64,000 nt of DNA from Escherichia phage vB_EcoM-G3G7, in the sequence record MZ234040.1. One strand, written 5' to 3'. Positions 32,540 through 42,841 of this stretch are shown here, one piece after another. The notes beneath the pieces are model-generated. The model was given only the letters and a program-made list of their open reading frames with translations. It had not been told where the DNA came from and searched no databases. The position numbers and the translations under genes are program-made. How positions within the stretch are numbered: position 1 is the first letter of the stretch; every line of letters begins with the position of its first letter.

Positions 32540-32808
32540 TGTTTGTTGTTCACACTATTTATGAAAATGAAGGTAATACTACACGTGATTACGGTCACGT
32601 AAATCAATTTTTTAGATGCAATCCAGAATTCCGAGCTCAAAAAGACGAACGAATTTTTAAAAAATGTGTAGAGCAAGGTTTCATTTACGTCAAGCACTGG
32701 ATGCAAGGAAATAAAGTTAGAACCACGTACCACAGGTCTTTGACTGAGCTTAATGATGAATTGATTTATAATAGAGCTGTAAACCAAACTCTAAAGGATG
32801 AACAATGA
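32539..32808 (+). CDS. small early protein (89 aa), upstream of DNA ligase
   Basis: ORF with TAATG coupling to the upstream stop and ATGA coupling to gene 30. Confidence 0.5.
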   Translation: MFVVHTIYENEGNTTRDYGHVNQFFRCNPEFRAQKDERIFKKCVEQGFIYVKHWMQGNKVRTTYHRSLTELNDELIYNRAVNQTLKDEQ

Positions 32809-34268
32809 TTCTTAAAATTCTGAACGAAATAGCATCTATTGGTTCAACTAAGCAGAAGCAAGCAATTCTTGAAAAGAATAAAGATAATGAATTGCTTAAA
32901 CGAGTATATCGTCTGACTTATTCTCGTGGGTTACAGTATTATATCAAGAAATGGCCTAAACCTGGTATTGCTACCCAGAGTTTTGGAATGTTGACTCTTA
33001 CTGATATGCTTGACTTCATTGAATTCACGTTAGCTACTCGGAAATTGACTGGAAATGCGGCAATTGAAGAATTAATTGGTTATATTACTGACGGTAAAAA
33101 AGATGATGTTGAAGTTTTGCGTCGAGTGATGATGCGAGACCTTGAATGTGGTGCTTCAGTATCTATTGCAAACAAAGTTTGGCCAGGTTTAATTCCTGAA
33201 CAACCTCAAATGCTCGCAAGTTCTTATGATGAAAAAGGCATTAATAAGAATATCAAATTTCCAGCCTTTGCCCAGTTAAAAGCTGATGGAGCTCGGTGCT
33301 TTGCCGAAGTCAGAGGTGATGAATTAGATGACGTTCGTCTTTTATCACGAGCTGGTAATGAATATCTAGGATTAGATCTTCTTAAGGAAGAATTAATCAA
33401 AATGACCGCTGAAGCCCGCCAGATTCATCCAGAAGGCGTGTTAATTGATGGCGAATTGGTATACCATGAGCAAGTTGAAAAGGAGCCAGAAGGCCTAGAT
33501 TTTCTTTTTGATGCTTATCCTGAAAACAGTAAAGCTAAAGAATTCGCCGAAGTAGCTGAATCACGTACTGCATCTAATGGCATCGCCAATAAATCTTTAA
33601 AGGGAACCATTTCTGAAAAAGAAGCACAATGCATGAAGTTTCAGGTCTGGGATTATGTACCGTTGGTAGAAATATACGGTCTTCCTGCATTTCGTTTGAA
33701 ATATGATGTACGTTTTTCTAAACTAGAACAAATGACATCAGGCTATGATAAAGTAATTTTAATTGAAAACCAGGTAGTAAATAACCTAGACGAAGCCAAG
33801 GTAATTTATAAAAAGTATATTGACCAAGGTCTTGAAGGTATTATTCTCAAAAATATCGATGGATTATGGGAAAATGCTCGTTCAAAAAATCTCTATAAAT
33901 TTAAAGAAGTAATTGATGTTGATTTAAAAATTGTAGGAATTTATCCTCACCGTAAAGACCCTACTAAAGCAGGTGGATTTATTCTTGAGTCAGAGTGTGG
34001 AAAAATTAAAGTAAATGCTGGTTCAGGCTTAAAAGATAAAGCCGGTGTAAAATCGCATGAACTTGACCGTACTCGCATTATGGAAAACCAAAATTATTAT
34101 ATTGGAAAAATTCTAGAGTGCGAATGCAACGGTTGGTTAAAATCTGATGGCCGCACTGATTACGTTAAATTATTTCTTCCGATTGCGATTCGTTTGCGTG
34201 AAGATAAAACTAAAGCTAATACATTCGAGGATGTATTTGGTGATTTTCATGAGGTAACTGGTTTATGA
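32805..34268 (+). CDS. 30: ATP-dependent DNA ligase
   Basis: 487-aa ORF MILKILNEIASIGSTKQKQAILEKNKDNELLKRVYRLTYSRGLQYYIKKWPKPG... with adenylation lysine motif FAQLKADGARC; matches T4 DNA ligase. Confidence 0.95.
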   Translation: MILKILNEIASIGSTKQKQAILEKNKDNELLKRVYRLTYSRGLQYYIKKWPKPGIATQSFGMLTLTDMLDFIEFTLATRKLTGNAAIEELIGYITDGKKDDVEVLRRVMMRDLECGASVSIANKVWPGLIPEQPQMLASSYDEKGINKNIKFPAFAQLKADGARCFAEVRGDELDDVRLLSRAGNEYLGLDLLKEELIKMTAEARQIHPEGVLIDGELVYHEQVEKEPEGLDFLFDAYPENSKAKEFAEVAESRTASNGIANKSLKGTISEKEAQCMKFQVWDYVPLVEIYGLPAFRLKYDVRFSKLEQMTSGYDKVILIENQVVNNLDEAKVIYKKYIDQGLEGIILKNIDGLWENARSKNLYKFKEVIDVDLKIVGIYPHRKDPTKAGGFILESECGKIKVNAGSGLKDKAGVKSHELDRTRIMENQNYYIGKILECECNGWLKSDGRTDYVKLFLPIAIRLREDKTKANTFEDVFGDFHEVTGL

Positions 34269-34453
34269 AAGCTTACTTAGAAACAATTGTCATTGCTCAA
34301 AAAGAAGGTGGAGATGTTTCTACTTCTGTATCACAAGTCATTCTCGAATTTGTAGATGCATACGCTTATAATAAATTCACAGAAACATTTGATGCCTATG
34401 AAAAAGGTCCAAAGTTTGAAATATACCGTACTCTCTTACCACTAGATTATTAA
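34265..34453 (+). CDS. small protein (62 aa) downstream of ligase
   Basis: ATGA overlap with the gene 30 stop; followed by a terminator. Confidence 0.5.
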   Translation: MKAYLETIVIAQKEGGDVSTSVSQVILEFVDAYAYNKFTETFDAYEKGPKFEIYRTLLPLDY

Positions 34454-34475
34454 AGGCCTTCGGGCCTTTAATTTT
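34453..34475 (+). terminator. intrinsic terminator
   Basis: AAGGCC-TTCG-GGCCTT hairpin followed by TAATTTT. Confidence 0.7.
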
Positions 34476-34505
34476 ATAAATAGAATAAACACTAGAGAGG
34501 CTATG

Positions 34506-36560
34506 ATGGAACTTATTACAGAATTATTTGACGAAGATACTACTCTTCCGATTACAAACTTAAATCCAAAGAAGAAAATACCGCAAATTTTTTCAGTTCA
34601 TGTTGATGATGCAATTGAACAACCAGGCTTTCGTTTATGTACCTATACATCTGGAGGTGATACTAATCGCGATTTAAAGATGGGCGATAAAATGATGCAT
34701 ATTGTTCCTTTTACATTAACTGCTAAAGGTTCAATTGCTAAATTAAAAGGTCTTGGTCCAAGCCCAATTAATTATATCAATTCAGTTTTTACTGTTGCGA
34801 TGCAAACAATGCGTCAGTATAAAATTGATGCCTGTATGCTTCGTATTCTTAAGTCTAAAACCGCTGGTCAAGCTCGACAAATTCAAGTTATTGCTGATAG
34901 ACTTATCCGTAGTCGTTCAGGTGGCAGATACGTCCTTCTTAAGGAACTCTGGGATTACGATAAAAAGTATGCATATATTCTTATACATCGCAAAAATGTA
35001 TCACTAGAAGACATTCCGGGAGTTCCGGAAATTAGTACTGAGCTCTTTACTAAAGTTGAATCGAAGGTCGGTGATGTTTATATCAATAAAGATACTGGAG
35101 CTCAAGTAACTAAAAATGAGGCAATTGCAGCATCTATTGCGCAAGAAAATGATAAACGTTCTGACCAAGCTGTAATCGTTAAAGTTAAAATTTCCCGTAG
35201 AGCAATTGCGCAAAGTCAATCATTGGAATCTTCTAGATTTGAAACGCCGATGTTTCAAAAATTTGAGGCTTCAGCAGCAGAATTAAATAAACCTGCTGAC
35301 GCTCCTTTAATTTCTGACGCTAATGAATTAACTGTTATTTCTACTTCAGGATTTGCATTAGAGAATGCTCTTAGTAGTGTTACAGCTGGAATGGCATTCA
35401 GAGAAGCTTCTATAATTCCTGAAGATAAAGAATCTGATGTTAATGCAGAAATAAAAAATAAAGCTTTAGAAAGATTACGAAAAGAATCTATTACTTCAAT
35501 AAAAACTTTAGAAACTATTGCTTCTATAGTTGATGATACTTTAGAAAAATATAAAGGTGCTTGGTTAGAAAGAAACATTAACAAGCATTCGCATTTAAAT
35601 CAAGATGCTGCGAATGAGTTAGTACAAAATTCTTGGAATGCAATAAAAACAAAGATTATTCGAAGAGAATTGCGTGGATATGCTCTTACCGCTGGATGGT
35701 CACTACATCCTATAGTCGAAAATAAAGATTCATCTAAATACACACCGGCACAAAAACGCGGAATTCGTGAATACGTAAGTTCAGGATATGTAGACATAAA
35801 TAACGCTCTTTTGGGATTATATAATCCAGATGAGCGTACAAGTATTTTGACAGCATCTGATATAGAAAAAGCTATTGATAATTTAGATTCTGCCTTTAAA
35901 AATGGTGAACGATTACCAAAAGGTATTACTTTGTATCGTTCACAACGAATGTTACCTTCAATATATGAAGCACTGGTAAAAAATCGAGTTTTTTATTTTA
36001 GAAATTTTGTGTCAACATCATTATATCCAAATATTTTTGGTACCTGGATGACTGATTCATCTGTGGGTGTTTTACCAGACGAAAAGCGTTTAAGTGTTTC
36101 TATTGATAAAACTGATGAAGGACTAGTAAATTCTAGCGATAATTTAGTTGGAATTGGATGGGTTATTACTGGGGCTGATAAAGTCAATGTTGTTTTACCA
36201 GGTGGAAGTTTAGCACCTTCAAATGAAATGGAAGTCATTTTGCCACGTGGATTAATGGTCAAAGTTAATAAAATAACCGATGCATCTTACAATGATGGAA
36301 CAGTTAAAACTAACAACAAGCTTATTCAAGCTGAAGTTATGACCACAGAAGAACTCACCGAATCGGTAATTTATGACGGTGACCGTCTAATGGAAACCGG
36401 CGAAGTAGTTACAATGACAGGTGATATTGAAATAGAAGACAGAGTTGATTTTGCATCATTTGTTTCATCAAATGTTAAACAGAAAGTAGAATCATCTCTT
36501 GGAATTATTGCGTCTTGTATAGATATTGCAAACATGCCTTACAAGTTCGTTCAAGGATAA
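34506..36560 (+). CDS. alt: Alt, virion-packaged mono-ADP-ribosyltransferase (modifies host RNA polymerase)
   Basis: About 684-aa ORF MELITELFDEDTTLPITNLNPKKKIPQIFSVHVDDAIEQPGFRLCTYTSGGDTNRDLKMGDK...; ART catalytic signature R (LYRSQ), STS (FVSTSL), E-x-E (EMEVILPRG). Confidence 0.9.
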   Translation: MELITELFDEDTTLPITNLNPKKKIPQIFSVHVDDAIEQPGFRLCTYTSGGDTNRDLKMGDKMMHIVPFTLTAKGSIAKLKGLGPSPINYINSVFTVAMQTMRQYKIDACMLRILKSKTAGQARQIQVIADRLIRSRSGGRYVLLKELWDYDKKYAYILIHRKNVSLEDIPGVPEISTELFTKVESKVGDVYINKDTGAQVTKNEAIAASIAQENDKRSDQAVIVKVKISRRAIAQSQSLESSRFETPMFQKFEASAAELNKPADAPLISDANELTVISTSGFALENALSSVTAGMAFREASIIPEDKESDVNAEIKNKALERLRKESITSIKTLETIASIVDDTLEKYKGAWLERNINKHSHLNQDAANELVQNSWNAIKTKIIRRELRGYALTAGWSLHPIVENKDSSKYTPAQKRGIREYVSSGYVDINNALLGLYNPDERTSILTASDIEKAIDNLDSAFKNGERLPKGITLYRSQRMLPSIYEALVKNRVFYFRNFVSTSLYPNIFGTWMTDSSVGVLPDEKRLSVSIDKTDEGLVNSSDNLVGIGWVITGADKVNVVLPGGSLAPSNEMEVILPRGLMVKVNKITDASYNDGTVKTNNKLIQAEVMTTEELTESVIYDGDRLMETGEVVTMTGDIEIEDRVDFASFVSSNVKQKVESSLGIIASCIDIANMPYKFVQG

Positions 36561-36563
36561 ATC

Positions 36564-38621
36564 ATGGAACTTATTACAGAATTATTTGACGGCGCTTCGG
36601 CGCCGGTTGTTAACTTAAATCCTAAGCATAAAATACCACAAATTTTTGCTATTCAAGCCGGCGAAGAAAGCGTGCTTCCTGGATTTAGATTTTGTACATA
36701 CACCTCTGGTGGTGATACGAATAAAAACGTTAAGCCAGGCGATAAAATGATGCATATCGTAATGATAGGTGTTAATGAGAAACTATCATTAGTTAAGCTT
36801 AAAAACTTGGGTGGAAATCCAATTGGTGTCATTAATGCCGTTTTTGATACTGCTCTTCAAACAATGAAACAGTATAAAATCGACGCATGCCTATTCCGCG
36901 TACTAAAAAGTAAAACAAATGGCGCAGCTCGTCAAATGCAAGTTATTGCTGACCGTTTAGTACGTACTAAAGGAGCAGGTCGATATGTTCTTTTAAAGGA
37001 AATCTGGGACTATGATAAGAAATATGCATATATTATGGTTTACCGTAAAAATGCCAATTTAGAAGACATTCCAGGTGTACCTCCTATTTCAACTGAGTTA
37101 TTCACAAAAGTTGAATCAAAGGTCGGTGATGTTTATGTAGACGTTAAAACAGGAAATGCTGTTCCTAAAGCTGTCGCTGTTGCTGCTTCTATTGCTTTAG
37201 AAAATGATAAGCGCACGGACCAAGCTGTTATTCAGAAAACTAAAATCAGTCGTCGATTAGCAGCACAAGCTCAATATTCTACTGTTGATGCTTCACTTCA
37301 GGGTGATAGCTTTGCTGCCAAGAAATATCAAGAGTTTGAATCTAAAGTTCCGGTATATAAAGCAGAAGGTCCGATGAACTCTGGCGTTATCCAGATTGGT
37401 TCAAACTTCAGCAAAGGAGCTATCGGTGGTATGAGAAGTGCTTCTCGTTTTAAATCTAACGATTATGAACTAGAAAGCTTCCGAAATCATATTGCATTGG
37501 CCCATGCACGTTTACGTGATCCATCTATCAAGTTGCAGAGCGATATAACATATCAAGGTTCTCAAGAATATTTAAAGAATAAAGAATTCTTTGATTATAA
37601 AACTGATAAAATTTTAAGCGATCTTGCTGACATTAATATTTCTAATAGCTTTGATGTTATTAAGAAAATTATCAATGATTTGGTTAAAGGTTCTAAAGCC
37701 ACGCCAGATGAAAAGACAGCTATTATTCAATTTGTAATGAATGGCATTTATAAATTGATTAATGAATCTGCTGCCCAGGCATATGAATACGCAAGCACCG
37801 AAGTAGCTCCAAAAGGACTGACTCAGGCTGAATCTGATGTAATTGAAGATTATTGTGCAGATTCATATGTTGAAATGAACTCGTTCCTTTTGGGTAAACC
37901 AGATTCTACCCGTGAAGAATACATGGAACGAGCTATTAAGCACATCGAGACGTTAGATTCTGCCTTTGCCAAAGGATCAGTTCTTCCTCCAGGAACTACA
38001 CTTTACCGTGGGCAAGAAGTTACCTTTAAAACTTTGCGTCATAACATTGAAAATAAAATGTTCTATTTCAAGAACTTCGTATCCACATCGCTTAAACCAA
38101 ATATCTTCGGTGAGCATGGTAAAAACTATATGGCTCTAGATGATTCTGGCGCAGTATTTTCTGGCGAAGGAGAAGGTTCCGTTGATACAGAAGATTTGAT
38201 GCATATGGGTAGTCATTCTACATATGCTAATGAAGATGCTGAAACTAGCGTGGGTATGGTAATTAAAGGAGCTGAGCGAATCAAAGTTATCGTTCCAGGT
38301 CATTTATCAGGATTTCCATCAGAAGCTGAAGTTATTCTACCACGTGGAATTTTACTGAAGATTAATAAAGTAAGTACGTACTTTATGAAAGAAACTGCTT
38401 ATAACAAGTATCTAATCGAAGGTACAATCGTTCCTCCTTCTGAACAATTAGAAGAATCAGTATATGATGGAGACCATCTAATGGAAACTGGTGAAGTTCG
38501 TCCAATGGCTGGATTTAATCAATTCCTTGTAGAAGAATCAAAAGAAGAGGAAAATGAAGTTTCTCAAATCTTGGCTTCTTTGGTTAACATCAACGGAATG
38601 TCTAAAAAGTTCAAAATGTAG
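36564..38621 (+). CDS. Alt paralog (second Alt-like ADP-ribosyltransferase)
   Basis: 685-aa ORF sharing the N-terminal MELITELFD... and C-terminal catalytic region (LYRGQ, FVSTSL, EAEVILPRG) with Alt, but with a divergent middle region. Confidence 0.85.
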   Translation: MELITELFDGASAPVVNLNPKHKIPQIFAIQAGEESVLPGFRFCTYTSGGDTNKNVKPGDKMMHIVMIGVNEKLSLVKLKNLGGNPIGVINAVFDTALQTMKQYKIDACLFRVLKSKTNGAARQMQVIADRLVRTKGAGRYVLLKEIWDYDKKYAYIMVYRKNANLEDIPGVPPISTELFTKVESKVGDVYVDVKTGNAVPKAVAVAASIALENDKRTDQAVIQKTKISRRLAAQAQYSTVDASLQGDSFAAKKYQEFESKVPVYKAEGPMNSGVIQIGSNFSKGAIGGMRSASRFKSNDYELESFRNHIALAHARLRDPSIKLQSDITYQGSQEYLKNKEFFDYKTDKILSDLADINISNSFDVIKKIINDLVKGSKATPDEKTAIIQFVMNGIYKLINESAAQAYEYASTEVAPKGLTQAESDVIEDYCADSYVEMNSFLLGKPDSTREEYMERAIKHIETLDSAFAKGSVLPPGTTLYRGQEVTFKTLRHNIENKMFYFKNFVSTSLKPNIFGEHGKNYMALDDSGAVFSGEGEGSVDTEDLMHMGSHSTYANEDAETSVGMVIKGAERIKVIVPGHLSGFPSEAEVILPRGILLKINKVSTYFMKETAYNKYLIEGTIVPPSEQLEESVYDGDHLMETGEVRPMAGFNQFLVEESKEEENEVSQILASLVNINGMSKKFKM

Positions 38622-38650
38622 TTTACAAGTCCCTCGTGTTGTGTTATAGT
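38621..38650 (+). promoter_or_regulatory. T4-type early promoter; part of a 52-bp repeat also present at 22675-22726
   Basis: GTTTAC at 38621-38626, 18-nt spacer, TATAGT at 38645-38650. Confidence 0.55.
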
Positions 38651-38681
38651 AGTCTTACTGACATAACATGAGGAACACAAA

Positions 38682-38972
38682 ATGAAATCTTCTTTGCGCT
38701 TTTTAGGTCAAGAACTTGTAGTTGAAGGAGTTATTCCTGCTGATAATGCTTTTAATGAAGCAGTTTACGATGAATTTATCAAAATTTTTGGAACAGATAA
38801 AAAGTTCGGAATTTTTCCTTCTGAAAATTTTTCAAAGCCAGAACAGACTGAAAGTATTTTCCAAGGTGTAGTAACAGGTAAATTTGAGTCAGAAGCTCCG
38901 GTAAAAATTGAAGTTTATATTGAAGACAGTTTAGTTGCTTCAGTTTCTGCTTTCATTTCATTCCGTAAATAA
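38682..38972 (+). CDS. small protein (96 aa), unknown function
   Basis: ORF preceded by CATGAGGA SD context; followed by a bidirectional terminator. Confidence 0.55.
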   Translation: MKSSLRFLGQELVVEGVIPADNAFNEAVYDEFIKIFGTDKKFGIFPSENFSKPEQTESIFQGVVTGKFESEAPVKIEVYIEDSLVASVSAFISFRK

Positions 38973-38978
38973 AAATAT

Positions 38979-38996
38979 GGGGACCGAAAGGTCCCC
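38979..38996. terminator. bidirectional hairpin terminator between the early (+) block and late gene 54 (-)
   Basis: GGGGACC-GAAA-GGTCCCC flanked by A/T runs on both sides. Confidence 0.75.
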
Positions 38997-39000
38997 ATTG

Positions 39001-39966
39001 TTATATTGCTCCTAATATTTTACTCTGCGAATTGACAATTCCTGTCATAGTATTAATATTTGAAATGCTTCCTGTAGTTCCCCCTAATCTACTAAGTCGT
39101 GAAAGCGAATTAGATAGTCCAGTAACACCTCCACTATTTCCGAGAACGCTTTGAATACCATTTATAGTAGCAGATTCAAGCCATTCAAGGGCAGCTTGTC
39201 TATCAACTGCTCCAGCCTGCATCACTCTATACGCAAAAGTAACATCAAATGTAGTTATTTGGTTATCTCCATCATATGATAACTCAGGAGCGCTTACGGA
39301 CACTGGAATGCATCCAGTGAACATCACCGCAGTATGTGGTAATCCATTGCGAGAATGAAGATTAACCTGAATATCTGCCTCGACATCTTGCGGCAAAGCA
39401 CGCAATCCAGTTACTGGGTCTTGAACAGCGTTAACCCAGTCTTGCATTGCACGATAGTTACAAGCTTCTGAATCCATTCTGAATGAAATAACCAAAGGGT
39501 CTAATTCTCTCCCAGTTATACGAATATTAGGAGAATTATAGTTCCAGTCAGTTTCATAGGATAATCTATTCTCTGGCATTTTTACAGAGTATATCATCAA
39601 TCCAGATGAGTTATATGCCACGTTAAAGAAGTCAATTAAATATGTACCAACTGTAAATGAGCCTAATAAACTTTGAACTGTACGTTGACTCATGGCACCA
39701 ATAAGATATTTACTAACCCCTGATTTTCTTATCAGTTTTTGTGTGCCAGCTGTAATTAGCGTAGTAATTCCCTGATTAATATCGCCTTGAGTTAATCCTA
39801 ACCAATCTGAATTTAGGCCCAAGTTATTATAAGAAAAGTTGCTAATTGAACTTATCAACGAAGAGCTTTTAGTTGATGGAGTTGTAGCAAAAACACAGCT
39901 GAACATATTATTACGTTGGAAATCTGCGTTTATTGCTTGATTATTAAATTCCTCTAAAGAATACAT
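39001..39966 (-). CDS. 54: baseplate tail-tube initiator gp54
   Basis: 321-aa ORF at the T4 gene 54 position and size. Confidence 0.88.
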   Translation of the reverse strand: MYSLEEFNNQAINADFQRNNMFSCVFATTPSTKSSSLISSISNFSYNNLGLNSDWLGLTQGDINQGITTLITAGTQKLIRKSGVSKYLIGAMSQRTVQSLLGSFTVGTYLIDFFNVAYNSSGLMIYSVKMPENRLSYETDWNYNSPNIRITGRELDPLVISFRMDSEACNYRAMQDWVNAVQDPVTGLRALPQDVEADIQVNLHSRNGLPHTAVMFTGCIPVSVSAPELSYDGDNQITTFDVTFAYRVMQAGAVDRQAALEWLESATINGIQSVLGNSGGVTGLSNSLSRLSRLGGTTGSISNINTMTGIVNSQSKILGAI

Positions 39967-41060
39967 TAAAAAGTCCCCGCATATAAAGAAGCACGGTTTA
40001 ACGTGATAATTTCTCTCATAGTAATCTCGAGAGTAAATGTACTAGGGAGATTTGGAGCAATAGCTAATCCGTTAAAGTTACCATTAGGTGTTTTATCAAA
40101 TCTGATACTCTGGATTTGACATGGACCGAATATTTCCGTTTTTCCATCAAACTTAGATGTTGCACCAAAGTTTTTCACCATCCAAATTGTCGGGTTTGAA
40201 ACTACAAGAACGTTAGTTAAACTCGATGTCATTTTCTCAAATAACGTCTTATTTTTAACTGCATCTTCTGGAGTTAACGGCTCAATAAAAGTAGAACGGT
40301 ACCACTCATCTAAATATCCTTTTATTTCAGCAGCATATTGAGATTTACCAGTTTCACCGTAAGAAAAATAGTTAAAATACTGATAGATATTAATAATAGC
40401 CATTAAATCTTCTGTTGAGCGCGGAGTCAAATCCCAAGTGAACACTTTAGTTCTATTTTCAGCACCGCCGTACATGCTTCTGGCTGTCGTATAAATCTGT
40501 TCATTATTATCAGCCATTATACCTTGTGTTATACTTTCCAGCGCTCCAAATACTGCGGTTGAAGCCATATTGCTTAGCACACCAGTAGCAGTACCTCCAC
40601 CTTTTGTAATAAGACTATCTTGAACATCATTAAATCTATGTGATGACGTATCGACGTCAGATTTAGATCTAGGTAAAAGAATATTTGCAACAGGAACTTT
40701 ACTTATTGTTCCTGAATTATTATCTGATATTAGTCCATTTGATAGTTTTGATACTGTATTACTGATAGTGTTTCTGGCTGTACGTAAAATACTCGAAGAT
40801 GAAGAAGAGTAGTTAGATCTCATCGTTCTAAGACTTCCAGAATCCCTAGATGACATATTGTATGCAGTAAATAATAATCCATTCTTATATAGATCTGTTA
40901 CCTGGAAGTCCCCTGTAGTGTCATTACCACTAGCACGCCCAGTTGGAAACTGGGCTGTGTATGTTTTAGTTCCTACTTCTGATTTAGTACTCTGTCCGGC
41001 TGAAATTGTTTCACCGGACTTTTTAATTAAATCAGCAGTTATTTCTTTAACAATTGCCAT
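39966..41060 (-). CDS. 48: baseplate tail-tube cap gp48
   Basis: 364-aa ORF (T4 gp48 length); position between 54 and 29. Confidence 0.88.
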   Translation of the reverse strand: MAIVKEITADLIKKSGETISAGQSTKSEVGTKTYTAQFPTGRASGNDTTGDFQVTDLYKNGLLFTAYNMSSRDSGSLRTMRSNYSSSSSSILRTARNTISNTVSKLSNGLISDNNSGTISKVPVANILLPRSKSDVDTSSHRFNDVQDSLITKGGGTATGVLSNMASTAVFGALESITQGIMADNNEQIYTTARSMYGGAENRTKVFTWDLTPRSTEDLMAIINIYQYFNYFSYGETGKSQYAAEIKGYLDEWYRSTFIEPLTPEDAVKNKTLFEKMTSSLTNVLVVSNPTIWMVKNFGATSKFDGKTEIFGPCQIQSIRFDKTPNGNFNGLAIAPNLPSTFTLEITMREIITLNRASLYAGTF

Positions 41061-41068
41061 ATTATTCC

Positions 41069-42841
41069 TTAATTAACTCCCGTCGCACCAAATACACCAG
41101 GAGCAGTTGTGCTTGTGACAGGTGTCATATTATGAACGACAGTATTTTTCTTAATAACATTATTAGTATTATTGATTGAAGGAGATGCTTGTTGAACAGG
41201 AGCTTGTTGTGCTTTGTTCTTTTCAATCACCTGGACCTGTTTTGCTTCTGGTGATTTAGCAGAAGTTTCAGGTTTTGCTTCAGGTTGATTTTTCTTGAGC
41301 TCTTGATAAGTGGCATCAATTTTAGCAAATCTAGAAGCAAGTTCTTTTTTAACTGCTGGTGAATTATTTAAATCCGGATCATTCATTCGTTTTTTAAGGT
41401 CTTCATGAGCAGCTTCAATTGATTTAACTGTCGAGTCTTTGCTCATATCAGCTGAATCAGCGTATTTTTCAAAACGAATCATCGCAGCACGAGCTTCATT
41501 AGCTTTCATTAAAGCATTTTTTCTTTCTTCCGGTGAAAGTTGTTTTAATTTTTCTTCTTCTGCTGCACGTTCTTCGTCAGTAGTCAATGCTTCTTTATTA
41601 TCTACACCACGAATCCAGTTAGATGCACGAGTTTTCCAGTTCGCAATTTTGTCTAATCCTTTTGCTATTGGGCCAAGATCATCATTCATTCGTTTATCTT
41701 GATAATTTGCTACTTTTTCTTGGTCTTCTTTATTAAGAGATGCTCCAGTAGAATTTTGGAAATTTTCTAATGCTCTTCCTTCTACTTCATCAGCAGTATC
41801 CTTCATGCCAGGAATGACTCGAAGAATTGCTGCAGATAATTTAGCCATACCTAATTGAATAAGCTCTCCTAAATTATAAAGAACACTTCCAAGCCCTTCA
41901 ACAATAGCTACTGTTAATCCGCCCCAATCTCCAGCTTCCCAGAACTTTTTAATTTCATCAATAGATTCAAAGATGCTTTGTAATAAAGGGCCCCAAGTTC
42001 CTGTTTCGCTTGAGAAAGTTTTAAAATCAGTGCTAAATAAATCCCAGGCTTTTGAAAATTTATCTGACCAGTATTTAAAATGAACCATCAGCAGGTCTAT
42101 TCCAATAACAACAGCCATTATCAATGCAACCATTTTAGCAGCTTCAATAGCAGCACTGACGGTATACTTAAATAGCATGCTAGATATTTTATCAGTAATT
42201 GAAATAGATTTCTTAAATCCGAAATCAACTGTCTTTGTTAATTTATCTAAAGCTTGAGATAATTTTAAGTTAAATGCGTCTCTTTTTTGCTTCTCTTCTG
42301 GAGACTCTTGTTTTGGTTCAATTGGCTGAGGAGTAGGGAAAAAATCAGCATCAGGATCATTATTAACTGCTTCAGGAGCCGGTAATAAAGGACCCACAGA
42401 TTCAGCTGTATCATCCTCGACGACTTTAACAGGAATAGCATTTTCTACTACTGCTAAACTCGTTCCAGTCTGTTGAATTCCAGCTGTTTGAATTTTTTGT
42501 TCTAATAAACTCGTTAATTTATCTAATTTGCTTCCGAGTGATTCGCCTATTTCTTTATTGATATTATTGCCAATTTCAACAGTCTCGGCAATTAACTCAG
42601 AACCGGCAGTAGTATCACTTACTGCGCTTTCAACGTTATCAATTGCTCCAACTATTTCATTTGATTTTTCTTCAACAGTCTGAGCTATTAATTCAGAGGC
42701 AGCTTGAGCATCATCTAATTTTGTAGAAATGTCATTAAGACCAGATAAAGTATTAGAAGCGGATTTAGCCGCTTCCTGTGTTGGTTTATTATCTGAAATA
42801 ACTTTTCTACGCATCGTTTGCATTTCTTGTGGCTTTTTCAT
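41069..42841 (-). CDS. 29: tail tape-measure / baseplate hub protein gp29
   Basis: 590-aa ORF (T4 gp29 length), low-complexity alpha-helical. Confidence 0.88.
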   Translation of the reverse strand: MKKPQEMQTMRRKVISDNKPTQEAAKSASNTLSGLNDISTKLDDAQAASELIAQTVEEKSNEIVGAIDNVESAVSDTTAGSELIAETVEIGNNINKEIGESLGSKLDKLTSLLEQKIQTAGIQQTGTSLAVVENAIPVKVVEDDTAESVGPLLPAPEAVNNDPDADFFPTPQPIEPKQESPEEKQKRDAFNLKLSQALDKLTKTVDFGFKKSISITDKISSMLFKYTVSAAIEAAKMVALIMAVVIGIDLLMVHFKYWSDKFSKAWDLFSTDFKTFSSETGTWGPLLQSIFESIDEIKKFWEAGDWGGLTVAIVEGLGSVLYNLGELIQLGMAKLSAAILRVIPGMKDTADEVEGRALENFQNSTGASLNKEDQEKVANYQDKRMNDDLGPIAKGLDKIANWKTRASNWIRGVDNKEALTTDEERAAEEEKLKQLSPEERKNALMKANEARAAMIRFEKYADSADMSKDSTVKSIEAAHEDLKKRMNDPDLNNSPAVKKELASRFAKIDATYQELKKNQPEAKPETSAKSPEAKQVQVIEKNKAQQAPVQQASPSINNTNNVIKKNTVVHNMTPVTSTTAPGVFGATGVN

